Shown: piece by piece, positions 51,686 through 62,625 of the stretch
Position numbering within the stretch: the first letter of the stretch is position 1
Layout of the letters: the number at the start of each line of letters is the position of its first letter
Assembly (NCBI GenBank): GCA_965261595.1
Contig: CBDHDG010000007.1
Span: 640,001-704,000 of the forward strand
Origin: a bacterium
GTDB taxonomy: Bacteria; UBA8248; JACPRG01; G963555815
Reading direction: 5' to 3'
DNA: 64,000 nt
Translations under genes and position numbers: made by a program
Notes under the pieces: model-generated
Databases searched by the model: none
What the model saw: only the letters and a program-made list of their open reading frames with translations
Told to the model about the DNA's origin: nothing

Positions 51686-52372
51686 TCATGGATTGGCCCT
51701 CTCCCTTTTTTCACGAATCCCGGATTTTCCGAATCTTCTCTCCAGCTCCGAGAAAACCGCCTCCGGGTGAATTCCCTCCGATCCCAGAAGGACCAACAGG
51801 TGAAACCAAAGGTCCGCCACCTCGGCCGTGATTTCGGACGCCTCCCCTTTCACCGTTGCGGCGATTATCTCCGCTGTTTCTTCGTCCAACTTTTTTAAAA
51901 TCTTGTTTTTTCCCGAGCGCAGGAGGGATTGAACATAGGATTCACTGTCCTCCCGGCCCGATTCCTGGGCGTCTTTCCGCGACTCGATCACTTCGAAGAC
52001 GCGCCTCAGAACCCCGTCCTGGATCCAGGCCCCTACGGACCCGGGCTCATCGACCTCGCCCTCGGGGGTGTTGAAAAAACATGCCGGACGGCCCGTGTGG
52101 CAGGCGACGCCCTCCTGTTCCACCCTCACCAGAACGGCGTCCAGGTCGCAATCGAAGTGCATGGCCTTGAGGCGCTGAACGTGCCCGGAGGTCTCTCCCT
52201 TCTTCCAGATCCGGTTGCGCGACCGGCTGAAATAGTGCACGGCGCCGGTCTCGCGCGTCAGCTCGAGGCTCTCGGCGTTCATGTAAGCCAGCATGAGGAC
52301 TTGTCCTGTCCGGTCGTCCTGGGCGACGGCCGGGACAAGACCCCTGTCATCGAAGGCCACTTCGACGTTCAT
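51686..52372 (-). CDS. hisIE: Bifunctional PR-AMP cyclohydrolase / PR-ATP pyrophosphatase
   Basis: [43 protein letters not shown]. Confidence 0.95.
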   Translation of the reverse strand: MNVEVAFDDRGLVPAVAQDDRTGQVLMLAYMNAESLELTRETGAVHYFSRSRNRIWKKGETSGHVQRLKAMHFDCDLDAVLVRVEQEGVACHTGRPACFFNTPEGEVDEPGSVGAWIQDGVLRRVFEVIESRKDAQESGREDSESYVQSLLRSGKNKILKKLDEETAEIIAATVKGEASEITAEVADLWFHLLVLLGSEGIHPEAVFSELERRFGKSGIREKRERANP

Positions 52373-52432
52373 GACGTTCTCCTCGGAGCGGGGGGGGAGG
52401 GGGGGATAAAGGGGGGGAGACGCCCCGCCCGG

Positions 52433-53158
52433 CTAACCTCCGGCAAGCTCCAGGGCGGCGGCAAGATCCAGCCGGCCCTCGTAGATGGCCCTTCCCGTGA
52501 TGACGCCGGCGACCCCGTCGGCCTCCAGGGGCAGCAGGGCGGAAACGTCCTCGATGGACGAAACCCCGCCCGAAGCGATGACCGGCGCGGACAGCCGTTT
52601 CGCCAGCGCCCGCGTGGCCTCCAGGTTCGGACCGCCCATCGCTCCGTCCCGGGAGATGTCGGTGAACACCACAGCCGCCGGGTTCTCCGCCTCATACCGT
52701 TTCGCCAGGTCGGCGGCTTCCACCTCTGTTTCTTCCTCCCAGCCGGAGACGGCCGCCTTTCCGTCCCGGGCGTCAATCCCGAGGATGATCCGCCCGGGAT
52801 TCTCGCGAAGCGCCGCGACGGAGAAATCCGGGTCTCTGTGGAGCGCCGTGCCCAGGATGACGAAAGAGGCCCCGGCGTCGAACGCGCGCCGGAGGCTCGC
52901 CTCGCCCCGGACGCCGCCGCCGAACTGGACGGGGACGGAAGCCTGTCCTGCGATCTCCTCGAGGATGCGAAGGTTGGCGCTCTCGCCCTCGAAGGCCCCG
53001 TCCAGGTCCACGACGTGAAGCCGCTGTGCGCCCAAATCCTCCCACCGCCGGGCGGCGCCGACCGGATCGCCGCTGAAGACCGTTTCCCGGTCCCGCCGTC
53101 CCTGGAAAAGCCGGACGCAGAGCCCGCCTTTCAGATCGATTGCGGGGATGATGAGCAT
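52433..53158 (-). CDS. hisA: ProFAR isomerase
   Basis: IIPAIDLKGG.CVRL.QG, LHVVDLDGA, TDISRDG, IASGGV. Confidence 0.96.
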   Translation of the reverse strand: MLIIPAIDLKGGLCVRLFQGRRDRETVFSGDPVGAARRWEDLGAQRLHVVDLDGAFEGESANLRILEEIAGQASVPVQFGGGVRGEASLRRAFDAGASFVILGTALHRDPDFSVAALRENPGRIILGIDARDGKAAVSGWEEETEVEAADLAKRYEAENPAAVVFTDISRDGAMGGPNLEATRALAKRLSAPVIASGGVSSIEDVSALLPLEADGVAGVITGRAIYEGRLDLAAALELAGG

Positions 53159-53212
53159 AAGAACTCCACCTGATCCAGAAGCCCCGCCGCTTCACGGAGG
53201 ATTTGAACCGTT

Positions 53213-53858
53213 GTAGGGGCGGGGCTCTGTACCCGCCCCAATCACCACGGCAATGAATCCGGCCGGCCCGAATACGGCCAACTCGAAACCGACTCTACGA
53301 GCCCGGCTCTCACTGGATTGCCGAGGATATACTCACACATCTTCACCAAGTCCTCACGTCGCCGTCCTACATGGTCATAAAAGCTGCGCTGCCAAAGTGG
53401 GCCGGACCAATCCAACCTCCAGGAACAACGAGTCGTGTGACTCTTAAAATCCCGTATCAAATCAGAAACAGACCTCTTCCCCCCAATGGGAGAAAGAACA
53501 AGATGCAAATGATCGGGCATCAGGCAGTAAGCAAAGACACTACTTGTTCCGGTTCTCTCGTAAATGCTCCAACCCTTGGAAAACATCTCGGGCCAATTCC
53601 TGACTTTCAAACGGCCGGGTTCCTTTCTTGGCGCGGAGGGTGACGAAATATGCCCGAGATTCGTCGGAGTAGTCGAACTCCTTAAGCCTGACAACCTTTC
53701 GCTCTCGCGGTGGGGGACTTCTCTGGGCCATTCGACGGTTGTCACCCAGGTTGATCGTGGGGGCGGGTACAGAGCCCCGCCCCTACAGTTCAGTGCTCGT
53801 GCAGCGCTTTTTCATGTAGGGGCGGGGCGAGAGTCGGTTGACTCCTGCACCCGCCCCC
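53213..53858. repeat. GTAG-type REPs flanking the RAYT gene
   Basis: GTAGGGGCGGGGCTCTGTACCCGCCCC at 53213-53239, its inverse at 53760-53786, and an interrupted third copy at 53816-53858. Confidence 0.88.
53242..53731 (-). pseudogene. REP-associated tyrosine transposase (RAYT), frameshifted ~53542
   Basis: The N-terminus RK..RL..FDYS...AYFVT (53540-53731) and the C-terminus AYCLMPDHLHL, WQRSFYDH, YI..NPVRAGL, WPYS are in different frames. Confidence 0.88.
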
Positions 53859-53931
53859 GACAAACGCCCAACAGGAAACCCAAGACACCGGGTCCTGCCG
53901 CCAATGTGTCTCCCGCGGACGGTCCCCATGA

Positions 53932-54594
53932 TTAGAAACTTTTCGCCCACTCAACGAAATTCCGCAGAATCTTCAATCCCAACGGCCCGCTGCGCTCCGG
54001 GTGGAACTGGCAGGCGAAGACGTTGTCCCGGTATACGCTCGAGACGAAGGGAATCCCGTAATCCGTCCTCGTGGCGATGACCCCCTCGTCCGCGGGCGCG
54101 ACGTAGTAAGAATGGACGAAGTAGAGCCACGCCCCGTCCGCCGCGTCCGCCACGTCCTTCAGAAGCGGGATCTCCCCACTTCCCCCCTCCCCCTCCGGGC
54201 GAACCTGGTTCCACCCCATGTGCGGGATTTTCAGCCGGTTCCCGCCGCCGTTCGTCATGGATTCGGGGAAGGGGACGACCTCTCCCCCGAACCAGCCCAG
54301 GCCCTCGCTCTCCCCGAACTCGCGGCTCTTCTCAAAGAGCACCTGCAAGCCGAGACAGATCCCCAGAAAGGGTTTCCCCGCGCGGATCGCTTCCAGGACG
54401 GCCTCGGTCAGACCCGCCGCGCGGAGGTTCTCCATGCAGTCCCGAAAGGCGCCGACGCCCGGCAGAACAACGGCATCGGCCCGCCTCACGTCCTCGGGGC
54501 GGGAAATCACCGGGGCGTCCTCCCCAACGGCCCGAAACCCGTTGCGGACGCTTTTCAGGTTTCCCATTCCGTAATCGATGACGGCGACCTTCAC
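53932..54594 (-). CDS. hisH: IGP synthase glutaminase subunit
   Basis: IDYGMGN, LPGVGAF, GICLG.Q, PHMGWN, QFHPE. Confidence 0.96.
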   Translation of the reverse strand: MKVAVIDYGMGNLKSVRNGFRAVGEDAPVISRPEDVRRADAVVLPGVGAFRDCMENLRAAGLTEAVLEAIRAGKPFLGICLGLQVLFEKSREFGESEGLGWFGGEVVPFPESMTNGGGNRLKIPHMGWNQVRPEGEGGSGEIPLLKDVADAADGAWLYFVHSYYVAPADEGVIATRTDYGIPFVSSVYRDNVFACQFHPERSGPLGLKILRNFVEWAKSF

Positions 54595-55178
54595 AGCGCC
54601 CCCTTTGTGGACGGAACGCCCTGACGCCGCTCATCGGGGGAGACGGCCTCGCGCAAGGCGCGGCTGAAGCCCTTGAAGACGGACTCCACCATGTGGTGCG
54701 CGTTCGAGCCGTGGAGGACTTCGATGTGGAGGTCCACGCCGCCGTTGGACGAGAAGGCGGTGAAGAACTCCTCCACGAGCTGAAGGTCGAATCTCCCCAC
54801 GCGGGCGGCCGTAAAGGCGCACCGATAGAAGAGAGAGGGCCGGCCGCTCAGGTCCACCGCGACCCGCGCGAGGGAGTCCATCATGGGCGACAGCGCGCTT
54901 CCGTACCGCCGGATCCCGGCCTTCTCACCCAGCGCCCGCTGAAGGGCCCCGCCCAGGCAGATCCCCACGTCTTCCACCGTATGGTGATCATCCACCTCGG
55001 TGTCCCCCTCGGCCTTCACCCGCAGATCGAAGATGCCGTGCTTGGCCACCTGGCTCAGCATGTGATCGAAAAACGGGACGCCGGTCTCTATCTCGGATTC
55101 GCCGGCGCCGTCCAGGTTCAACTCCAGATCGATCCGCGTCTCGCGGGTCGCACGCTCCATTCGGGCGGTTCGACTCAT
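54591..55178 (-). CDS. hisB: IGP dehydratase
   Basis: FFDHML, DDHHTVED, NAHH..E..FK, PSTKG. Confidence 0.96.
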   Translation of the reverse strand: MSRTARMERATRETRIDLELNLDGAGESEIETGVPFFDHMLSQVAKHGIFDLRVKAEGDTEVDDHHTVEDVGICLGGALQRALGEKAGIRRYGSALSPMMDSLARVAVDLSGRPSLFYRCAFTAARVGRFDLQLVEEFFTAFSSNGGVDLHIEVLHGSNAHHMVESVFKGFSRALREAVSPDERRQGVPSTKGAL

Positions 55179-55267
55179 CGAATTCAGTCCCTAGAAAAAA
55201 AGAATGGAGAGGACAATATCGAAATCAACCGTGTCCTCTTCCCCGGGGGCCCGCGGCGGACTGGGCG

Positions 55268-56599
55268 TCACGGCTTCCCGGCCCGTCCCCCCCCCTTTCG
55301 GGAAAGCCGCACCCCGATCGATTCGGCGTGCGCGCCCAGCCCCTCCAGGCTCGCGAGGGTCATGGCCGCATCGCCCACACCCTCCAGGGCGGCCCGGCTC
55401 ATCGAAACGACGCCGGTGCGCCGCACAAAATCGTCCACACCCAGGGGCGAGGCGAACCGCGCGGTGCCTCCCGTCGGCAGGACGTGATTCGACCCGGCCA
55501 CGTAATCCCCCACCGCCACGGGCGAATAACCCCCCACGAACACGGCCCCCGCGCAGCAGAACCGGCCCACCCACCGCCCGGCGTCCCGCACGGCCAGGGA
55601 CAGATGCTCGGGGTGGATGGCGGCCGCGACGCCCGCGGCGGTCTCCATCTCCGCCGCCTCGACGACGAGGCCGTTCCGCTTCCAGGCGGCCGCCGCTATC
55701 CGCCGCCTCTCCAGATTCCGGAGACGTCCGTTCAGCGCCTCCACCACCCGGTCCGCCAGGTTCCGGGACCGCGCGCCGCTTCCCACCGCCACCAAACCGA
55801 CCCACGCGTCCGGGTCGTGCTCGGCCTGAGCCAGCAGGTCCGCCGCCACCCAATCGGGCCGCGCCGAATCATCGGCCACGACCAACAATTCGGACGGCCC
55901 GGCGATTTGATCGATGCCCACCTCGCCGAAGACCCACCGCTTGGCCGCCGCCACGTGGGCGTTGCCGGGGCCGACCACCTTGTCCACGGGCCGGATCGTC
56001 GCCGTCCCGTAGGCGAGAGCGCCGATGGCCTGGACGCCCCCGACCTTATACACCTCTGTCACCCCCGCCAACCCCGCCGCCGCCAGCACCCACGGACTCA
56101 CCTCTCCGTCCGGACCGGGAGGCGTGCACATCACCCGCTCCGCAACGCCCGCAATGCGCGCCGGGAGGGCGGTCATCAAAACGGTGGAGGGGTAGGCCGC
56201 GCGGCCGCCGGGCACGTAAAGACCGACGCGGGCGAGGGGCGTCACCCGCTGCCCAAGCCGCTCGCCCCGGCCCCCGATGGACCAGCCCTTCCGGACCTGA
56301 CGGCGGTGAAAGCGCTCGATCCGCCTTGCCGCCAGACGCAAGGCCGCAAGCCCCGCCCGATCGCATCCGGCCGCGGCGCCGGCAATCTCATCGGCGGGAA
56401 CGCGGAGGTCCGCCGCCTTGAGCCTCACGCCGTCGAACTTCAACGTGTAGCGCAGGACCGCCCGGTCGTCGTTTTTTCGCACATCCTCCAGGATGGTTCG
56501 CGCGCCGTCCAGGACGCGGGCCTGATCGCGCAGCCCCCGCTTCCGCCGGCGATCCAGCCGCTCGCGCCACCGGGGATCCCGGGCCTTCAGGCGCATCAT
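55268..56599 (-). CDS. hisD: Histidinol dehydrogenase
   Basis: GLYVPGG.AAYPS, GPGN..V..AK, AGPSE, QAEHD, GDY.AG.NHVLPT. Confidence 0.96.
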   Translation of the reverse strand: MMRLKARDPRWRERLDRRRKRGLRDQARVLDGARTILEDVRKNDDRAVLRYTLKFDGVRLKAADLRVPADEIAGAAAGCDRAGLAALRLAARRIERFHRRQVRKGWSIGGRGERLGQRVTPLARVGLYVPGGRAAYPSTVLMTALPARIAGVAERVMCTPPGPDGEVSPWVLAAAGLAGVTEVYKVGGVQAIGALAYGTATIRPVDKVVGPGNAHVAAAKRWVFGEVGIDQIAGPSELLVVADDSARPDWVAADLLAQAEHDPDAWVGLVAVGSGARSRNLADRVVEALNGRLRNLERRRIAAAAWKRNGLVVEAAEMETAAGVAAAIHPEHLSLAVRDAGRWVGRFCCAGAVFVGGYSPVAVGDYVAGSNHVLPTGGTARFASPLGVDDFVRRTGVVSMSRAALEGVGDAAMTLASLEGLGAHAESIGVRLSRKGGGRAGKP

Positions 56600-57261
56600 G
56601 AGCCGAGCTTCCGGCGGCAGACCCGGATGAATTCGCCCACCTCTTCCCTCCGGGTTTTCTGGCTGGCCCGGTTGACGATGAGCCGGGCGGAGGTGCGGAG
56701 GATCTCGCGGACCTCGACCAGGCCATTTTCCCGCAGCGTCGCGCCGGTTTCCACCAGGTCCACAACCGCGTCGGCCAGCCCCATGGCGGGGGCCAGCTCG
56801 ACGGCGCCCGACAGCTTGATCACGTCCACCGGGACGGCCTCTTCGCCGAAAAACCGCTCCGTGATTCGAACAAACTTGGCGGCGACCCGCAGATGGGATG
56901 CCCGGACCAGGTCCTGCCAAGTCGGCGGGTCTCCGCCGGCGGCCGGGGGGGGAGCGGCCAGGACAAGGCGGCAGGCCCCGAATTCCAGGTCCAGGGGCTC
57001 GTAGACGACCCTTTCCTGTTCCAGAAGGATGTCCTTGCCCACAATGCCCAGGTCGGCCGCGCCCTGCTCCACGTACGTCGGCACGTCCACATCCCGGATG
57101 CGGGCGATCCGGACCCGGCCGTCCGCTGATTCACGTACGAGGCCGCGCTCCTCTCCCCACCCTTCGGCCTGGACGTATCCCATCCTGCGCAAAAGCGCCC
57201 ACGCCTTCTTAAAGAGGCGGCCTTTGGGAAGGGCCAGTGTCAGGGGCCGGTTCTTTTTCAT
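56596..57261 (-). CDS. hisG: ATP phosphoribosyltransferase, short form
   Basis: LALPKGRL, DVPTYVE.G.ADLGIVG.D, SGAVELAP..GLAD.VVDLVETG.TL; no C-terminal regulatory domain. Confidence 0.95.
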   Translation of the reverse strand: MKKNRPLTLALPKGRLFKKAWALLRRMGYVQAEGWGEERGLVRESADGRVRIARIRDVDVPTYVEQGAADLGIVGKDILLEQERVVYEPLDLEFGACRLVLAAPPPAAGGDPPTWQDLVRASHLRVAAKFVRITERFFGEEAVPVDVIKLSGAVELAPAMGLADAVVDLVETGATLRENGLVEVREILRTSARLIVNRASQKTRREEVGEFIRVCRRKLGS

Positions 57262-58508
57262 GTCACCCTCTGAATGCGGCCGCCGAGGGCCGACAGCTTT
57301 TCCACGATCCGCTCGTATCCCCGATCGATATGGTACACCCGGTTGACCGTCGTTTCGCCTTCCGCGGCCAGGCCCGCCAGAATGAGGGAGGCGCTGGCCC
57401 GCAGGTCGGTCGCCATGACCTCCGCCCCTGTCAAACGCCCCTTTCCGCGCACCACGGCCCGGTTGCCTTCCACCTGGATGTCGGCCCCCATGCGCCGGAG
57501 CTCGGCCGCGTGCATGAAGCGGTTCTCGAAAATCGTTTCGGAGAGCACGGAGGTCCCTTCCGCCAGGCTGAGCAGGACCATCATCTGCGCCTGCAAATCG
57601 GTGGCGAACCCGGGATAGGGCGCGGTCTGGAAGTCCACGGCCCGGATGGGACGGTCCCCCTTCAAAGAAATGCGGCCGCCTTCTTCGCGCAAATCCATCC
57701 CGGCGTCCGCCAGCTTTCCGCCCAAGGCCCCGATGTGCTCCGGGCGCACCCCGGTGACGCTCACCTCCCCGCCCGTCACCGCGCCCGCGAGCAGATAGGT
57801 TCCCGCCTCGATCCGGTCCGGAATGATTCGGGCCTCGAACCCCCCGAGCCGGGGCGCCCCCGCGACCTCCACGGTGTCCGTCCCCGCCCCGCGAACCTCC
57901 GCCCCCATGAGACCCAACACCTCCGCCAGCTGCACCACTTCCGGCTCCCGGGCGGCGTTGTGAATCCGCGTCCGTCCATCGGCGAGCGCGGCGGCCATCA
58001 TGATGTTTTTCGTCCCGGTCACGGTCACGAGATCGAGAAAGATCTCGGCCCCCTTGAGCCGGCCGGCCCGGGCGTGGATGTAGCCGTCCTCCAGCCGGAT
58101 CTCGGCCCCCAGAGCCGCCAGCCCTTTCAGGTGTTGATCGATGGGGCGGACCCCGATAGCGCAACCGCCAGGCAGGGAAACCTTCACCGCGCCCAGGCGG
58201 GCCGTCAGCGGCCCCAGGACCATGACGGAGGCCCGCATTTTGCGGACCAAGTCGTAGGGCACCTCGACCCGCTGAAGACCTTCGGCCCGAAGCTCCGCCG
58301 AACCGCCGCGCAACTCGACCTGAACCCCCATTCCGCGAAGCAGATCCAGGAAACTCTCCACGTCGTGAAGGACCGGGAGGTTTTCAATCCGGCAAGGCTG
58401 CTCGGTCAGCAGGCAGGCCGCCATGAGCGGCAGGGCCGAATTCTTGGCCCCGCTGATCTTGACCTCCCCCCGGAGCGGCGTCCCGCCCTGAATGACAATC
58501 CGGTCCAC
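57258..58508 (-). CDS. murA: UDP-GlcNAc enolpyruvyl transferase
   Basis: [37 protein letters not shown]. Confidence 0.97.
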   Translation of the reverse strand: MDRIVIQGGTPLRGEVKISGAKNSALPLMAACLLTEQPCRIENLPVLHDVESFLDLLRGMGVQVELRGGSAELRAEGLQRVEVPYDLVRKMRASVMVLGPLTARLGAVKVSLPGGCAIGVRPIDQHLKGLAALGAEIRLEDGYIHARAGRLKGAEIFLDLVTVTGTKNIMMAAALADGRTRIHNAAREPEVVQLAEVLGLMGAEVRGAGTDTVEVAGAPRLGGFEARIIPDRIEAGTYLLAGAVTGGEVSVTGVRPEHIGALGGKLADAGMDLREEGGRISLKGDRPIRAVDFQTAPYPGFATDLQAQMMVLLSLAEGTSVLSETIFENRFMHAAELRRMGADIQVEGNRAVVRGKGRLTGAEVMATDLRASASLILAGLAAEGETTVNRVYHIDRGYERIVEKLSALGGRIQRVT

Positions 58509-58514
58509 GGCGGC

Positions 58515-59454
58515 TCACCCTCCCCCACCGGCGCCGCCGCGCCGGGCGGCGGCGACCCGGTCGCGTCCGGCCAGATCCGCGACGATGTCGATCCGCCCGT
58601 AGACGCCGCGCGCCTCCAGCAGGCCGCGGACCGCCGCCGCCTGATCCGCCCCGATCTCCAACAGCAGCCACCCGGCCGGCCGCAGAAGGTCTTCCGCGCC
58701 CCGGACGATGGCCCGGAAGGCGTCGAGGCCGTCCGCTCCGGCGATGAGCGCCGCCCGGGGCTCGAAAGCCAGGGTCCGCCGGTCGAGGGCATCCTCCTCT
58801 CCCCCCCCCTCACGGATGTACGGAGGGTTCGAGACCACGGCGTCGAAGGACGGATCGGGCCGGATTCCTTCCAGCCAATCGACGCCCGCGAATTCCACCC
58901 GGCCGGCCATGCCCAGCCGCGCGGCGTTCTCTTTCGCGGTTCCCAGGGTGCCGACGCTCAGGTCGGTCGCGACGATGAAGAGGTCGGCCCGCTCCGAAGC
59001 GAGCGACAACGCGATGTTGCCCGAACCGGTTCCCAGGTCGATCACGCGCGTCCGCCGGCCCCGGCCCGCGCTTTCGGAAGGAGGAGGGGGGGGGGGGGGG
59101 GAGGCGGCGCAAGACTTCGCTCACGAGGGTCTCGGTCTCGGGTCTCGGGACGAGGACGGTCCGGTTCACCTGGAGATCCAGCGACCAGAACTCCCGCCGC
59201 CCCAGGATGTAGGCCACCGGCTCGCGTCCTTCGCGCCGCTCGATGAAGTTTCGGAAGCGGGACGCGATCTCCGGGTCCGGCCGGAGGTCCGGACGGGCGA
59301 TCAGGCTTTCGCGCCGCAGACCCGCCGCGTGCGCCAGCAGGAGCTCGGCATCCAGCCGTGCGGTGGACAGTCCCGTTTTGCGGAGACGGAGAACGGCTTC
59401 CTGGAGCAGATCTTGAAAACAAGGGGTGAGGGAGGTTTCGTCCCCGCCGATCAG
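58515..59454 (-). CDS. prmC: Release factor Gln methyltransferase, frameshifted at a C16 tract
   Basis: The N-part ([28 protein letters not shown]) and C-part (DLGTGSG, SNPPYI) are separated by G16 at 59086-59101 on the + strand. Confidence 0.9.
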
Positions 59455-60557
59455 GAAGGATTCCCGGCGGCCGCGGAGTGTTCGAAGGCGGTCAGCGCTT
59501 CTTCCTCCCGGGCGGCCATCAGCGGTTCGACCAGGTCTTCCAGCTCTCCCTGCAACACGGCGTCCAGCTTGTGCAGGGTCAACTGAATCCGGTGGTCGGA
59601 GACGCGGTTTTGCGGGAAGTTGTAGGTCCGGATCCGGCCGCTTCGGTCTCCCGATCCCACCTGAGAGCGCCGGGCCTCGGACCGCTTGGCCTCGGTCTCG
59701 CGGACGGCCGCGTCGAGGACCCGCGCCCGCAGGACCCGGAGGGCCTTGGATTTGTTCTTGTGCTGCGACTTCTCGTCCTGACACGTGACGACCAACCCCG
59801 TTGGAAGGTAGGTGATTCGAACGGCCGAATCGGTTGTGTTCACACTCTGTCCGCCCGGGCCGGAGGAGCGGTAGACATCGATGCGCAGGTCGGCCGGATC
59901 GATCTTCACATCCACCTCTTCCGCTTCCGGGAGGACGGCGACGGTGACCGCCGAGGTGTGGATGCGGCCGCTGGATTCGGTCTCGGGGACCCGCTGGACG
60001 CGGTGGATGCCGCTCTCGTGCCGGAGAAAGCTGTACACCCAATCCCCCCGAATCGCGGCGATGATCTCCTTGTATCCGCCCAGCTCCGTCGGGCTGGAAT
60101 CCAGAATCTCGACCTTCCACAATTTTTGCTCCGCGAAGCGGAGATACATCCGGAACAAATCCGCCGCGAACAGGGCGGCCTCATCGCCCCCGGCGCCCGC
60201 GCGGATTTCCAAAATGACGTTTTTCTCGTTGTTCGGGTCTTTCGGGACCATCAACGCCTTGAGGCGCGTCTCGATCTCCGGAATCTCCGACTCCAGCCGG
60301 ACGATCTCCTCCCGGGCCAAATCCCGCATCTCCGCGTCTGAGGCATCCTGAAGAAGCTCCCGGCTTCCGGCGAGCTCCTCCTGGATTTTCTCATACATCC
60401 GGATGGTCCGGACGGTTTCCTCCAACTCGGAGCGTTCTTTCGCCGCCTTGCGGTAGGCCTCGCGATCGGCGAGCAGATCGGGCTCCCCCATCCTCCCGGT
60501 CAACGCCTCGAACTTCTCGCAGATGGCCGTCAGTTTGTCTCGGAGTTCTTCATGCAC
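59451..60557 (-). CDS. prfA: Peptide chain release factor 1
   Basis: EIRAG.GG.EAALFA, PET anticodon-loop motif, [15 protein letters not shown]. Confidence 0.97.
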   Translation of the reverse strand: MHEELRDKLTAICEKFEALTGRMGEPDLLADREAYRKAAKERSELEETVRTIRMYEKIQEELAGSRELLQDASDAEMRDLAREEIVRLESEIPEIETRLKALMVPKDPNNEKNVILEIRAGAGGDEAALFAADLFRMYLRFAEQKLWKVEILDSSPTELGGYKEIIAAIRGDWVYSFLRHESGIHRVQRVPETESSGRIHTSAVTVAVLPEAEEVDVKIDPADLRIDVYRSSGPGGQSVNTTDSAVRITYLPTGLVVTCQDEKSQHKNKSKALRVLRARVLDAAVRETEAKRSEARRSQVGSGDRSGRIRTYNFPQNRVSDHRIQLTLHKLDAVLQGELEDLVEPLMAAREEEALTAFEHSAAAGNPS

Positions 60558-60586
60558 GGCCGGGCGTATCTCCCCCGCGCGCGGTC

Positions 60587-60799
60587 TCAGCCGGCGGTTT
60601 TCATCTTGCTGTGCCGGATTCTGTATCGCTCGACGCGGCCCGCGGTGTCGACCAGCTTCTGCTTGCCGGTGAAGAACGGGTGGCAGTTCGAGCAGATCTC
60701 GACCCGATACGAGGGTTCGGTGGAGCGTGTGAGGAATTCGGCGCCGCACGCGCAGGTGATGGTGCATTCCTGATATTCCGGATGAATTTCGGGTCTCAT
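60587..60799 (-). CDS. rpmE: 50S ribosomal protein L31 (Zn-binding type)
   Basis: IHP.Y...CACG...ICS.CHPFFTG. Confidence 0.96.
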   Translation of the reverse strand: MRPEIHPEYQECTITCACGAEFLTRSTEPSYRVEICSNCHPFFTGKQKLVDTAGRVERYRIRHSKMKTAG

Positions 60800-60940
60800 C
60801 GCCGACTCCTCCGCATCCGACCCCGGGGGGAATGAAATCCATGCCGGCCCCGGCGTGAACGCGACCCAAAAAACTCCGGCTGGAACCCGGCGGGAAAACC
60901 CGCGGGCTGCCAGCCGCCTGAGACTCCTCGCAAAAAAGCG

Positions 60941-62356
60941 TTAGGCGTTCATGGAATCAAGGAACATGGCGTTGTCCTTGGTCTCGGTGACCTTGGTCAC
61001 GAGCAATTCCATGGCCTCCACGATGCCCATGGGCTGGAGGACTTTTCGCAACAGCCACACGCGGCTCAATTCTTTCTCGTTCAGGAGCAGCTCTTCCTTT
61101 CGCGTTCCGGAGCGGTGGAGGTCGATGGAAGGGAACACCCTGCGGTCGGAAATCCGCCGGTCCAGAATCACCTCCATGTTGCCCGTTCCCTTGAACTCTT
61201 CGAAGATGACATCGTCCATCCGGCTTCCGGTTTCGACCAGCGCGGTCGCCACAATGGTCAGGCTTCCGCCCTCTTCGATGTTCCGGGCGGCGCCGAAGAA
61301 GCGTTTGGGCCGCTGGAGGGCGTTGCTGTCCACCCCGCCGGAAAGCACCTTGCCGCTCGGCGGAACAATGGCGTTGTAGGCCCGGGCCAGCCGGGTGATG
61401 CTGTCCAGGAGGATCACGACGTCGCGCTTGTGCTCGACGAGGCGTTTCGCCTTTTCAATCACGATCTCCGCCACCTGGACGTGCCGGGAGGCGGGCTCGT
61501 CGAAGGTCGAGCTGATCACCTCGCCCTTCACCGTCCGCTCCATGTCGGTGACCTCCTCGGGCCGCTCGTCGATGAGCAGAACCATGAGGAACGTATCCGG
61601 GTGATTCACCGCGATGCTGTTGGCGATGGCCTGAAGCAGCATCGTTTTTCCCGTTCGGGGCGCGGCGACGATGAGACCCCGCTGACCCTTGCCGAGGGGC
61701 GTCAGCAAATCCATCACCCGCATGGAGATGTTCGAATTGCCGCTCTCTCCGGGGGGCACTTCCAGGTGTATCCGCTCCTCGGGATAAAGCGGGGTCAGGT
61801 TGTCGAACAGGATTTTGCCTTTGCTGAGCTCCGCGTTCTCGAAATTGACGGATTCAACCTTGAGCAGCGCGAAGTAGCGCTCGCCTTCCTTGGGCGGCCG
61901 GACATGGCCGGACACCGTGTCCCCGGTCCGCAGATCGAACCGCCGGATCTGGGAAGGCGAAACATAGATGTCGTCCGAGCCGGGCAGGTAGTTGTAGCTC
62001 GGGGCCCGGAGGAACCCGAAACCGTCCGGCAGGATTTCCAGGACGCCCTCGCCGTAGATGAAGCCGTCCTTTTCGGTCTGGGCTTCCAGGATTTTGAAGA
62101 TGAGCTCCTGCTTGCGGAGCGCGCTCGGGCTCACGACATTCAAGCCGCGCGCGATTTCGGTCAGATCGTTGATCGTCTTCGACTTGAGATCGTCCAGGTT
62201 GAGGACCGTTCGCTTGGCCTCGCCGCCGTCTGAGCCCGCACCGCCGCCGTCATTTCCGGCGGAGACACCAGGGGCTTGCGCTTTCTTTGTTTCCGCGGTG
62301 TTGTTCGTCTTGCTGGATTCGGATTTTTCAGTGGGATTTACAGTTCTTGGGGGCAT
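60941..62356 (-). CDS. rho: Transcription termination factor Rho
   Basis: [44 protein letters not shown]. Confidence 0.98.
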   Translation of the reverse strand: MPPRTVNPTEKSESSKTNNTAETKKAQAPGVSAGNDGGGAGSDGGEAKRTVLNLDDLKSKTINDLTEIARGLNVVSPSALRKQELIFKILEAQTEKDGFIYGEGVLEILPDGFGFLRAPSYNYLPGSDDIYVSPSQIRRFDLRTGDTVSGHVRPPKEGERYFALLKVESVNFENAELSKGKILFDNLTPLYPEERIHLEVPPGESGNSNISMRVMDLLTPLGKGQRGLIVAAPRTGKTMLLQAIANSIAVNHPDTFLMVLLIDERPEEVTDMERTVKGEVISSTFDEPASRHVQVAEIVIEKAKRLVEHKRDVVILLDSITRLARAYNAIVPPSGKVLSGGVDSNALQRPKRFFGAARNIEEGGSLTIVATALVETGSRMDDVIFEEFKGTGNMEVILDRRISDRRVFPSIDLHRSGTRKEELLLNEKELSRVWLLRKVLQPMGIVEAMELLVTKVTETKDNAMFLDSMNA

Positions 62357-62596
62357 AGGGGCTTACATTTCCAAAAAGGGAATGGATCGCCAGGGGAATT
62401 TTCCTGACGGACGATTGACGGGTTCCCGCTGTTGAGCGGATTCGGAAAAGAAACAGTCGGGTGCGCGCGAATTCAGACCGCCGGAATTTTGCGCTTAGTG
62501 TTTTGCCTTCCGATACGGTGAATAACTCTTGCGCGCTTATTATCGGAAGTCGGATATCGGAGTCAAGTCAGGAGGACTCGCGTGATTGTTACGAGC

Positions 62597-62625
62597 AATA
62601 TATGAAGCCCGGGCCGACTTGTCAA
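62597..62625 (-). promoter_or_regulatory. sigma70 promoter for rho with ~235-nt leader
   Basis: TTGACA-17-TATATT on the minus strand. Confidence 0.6.
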
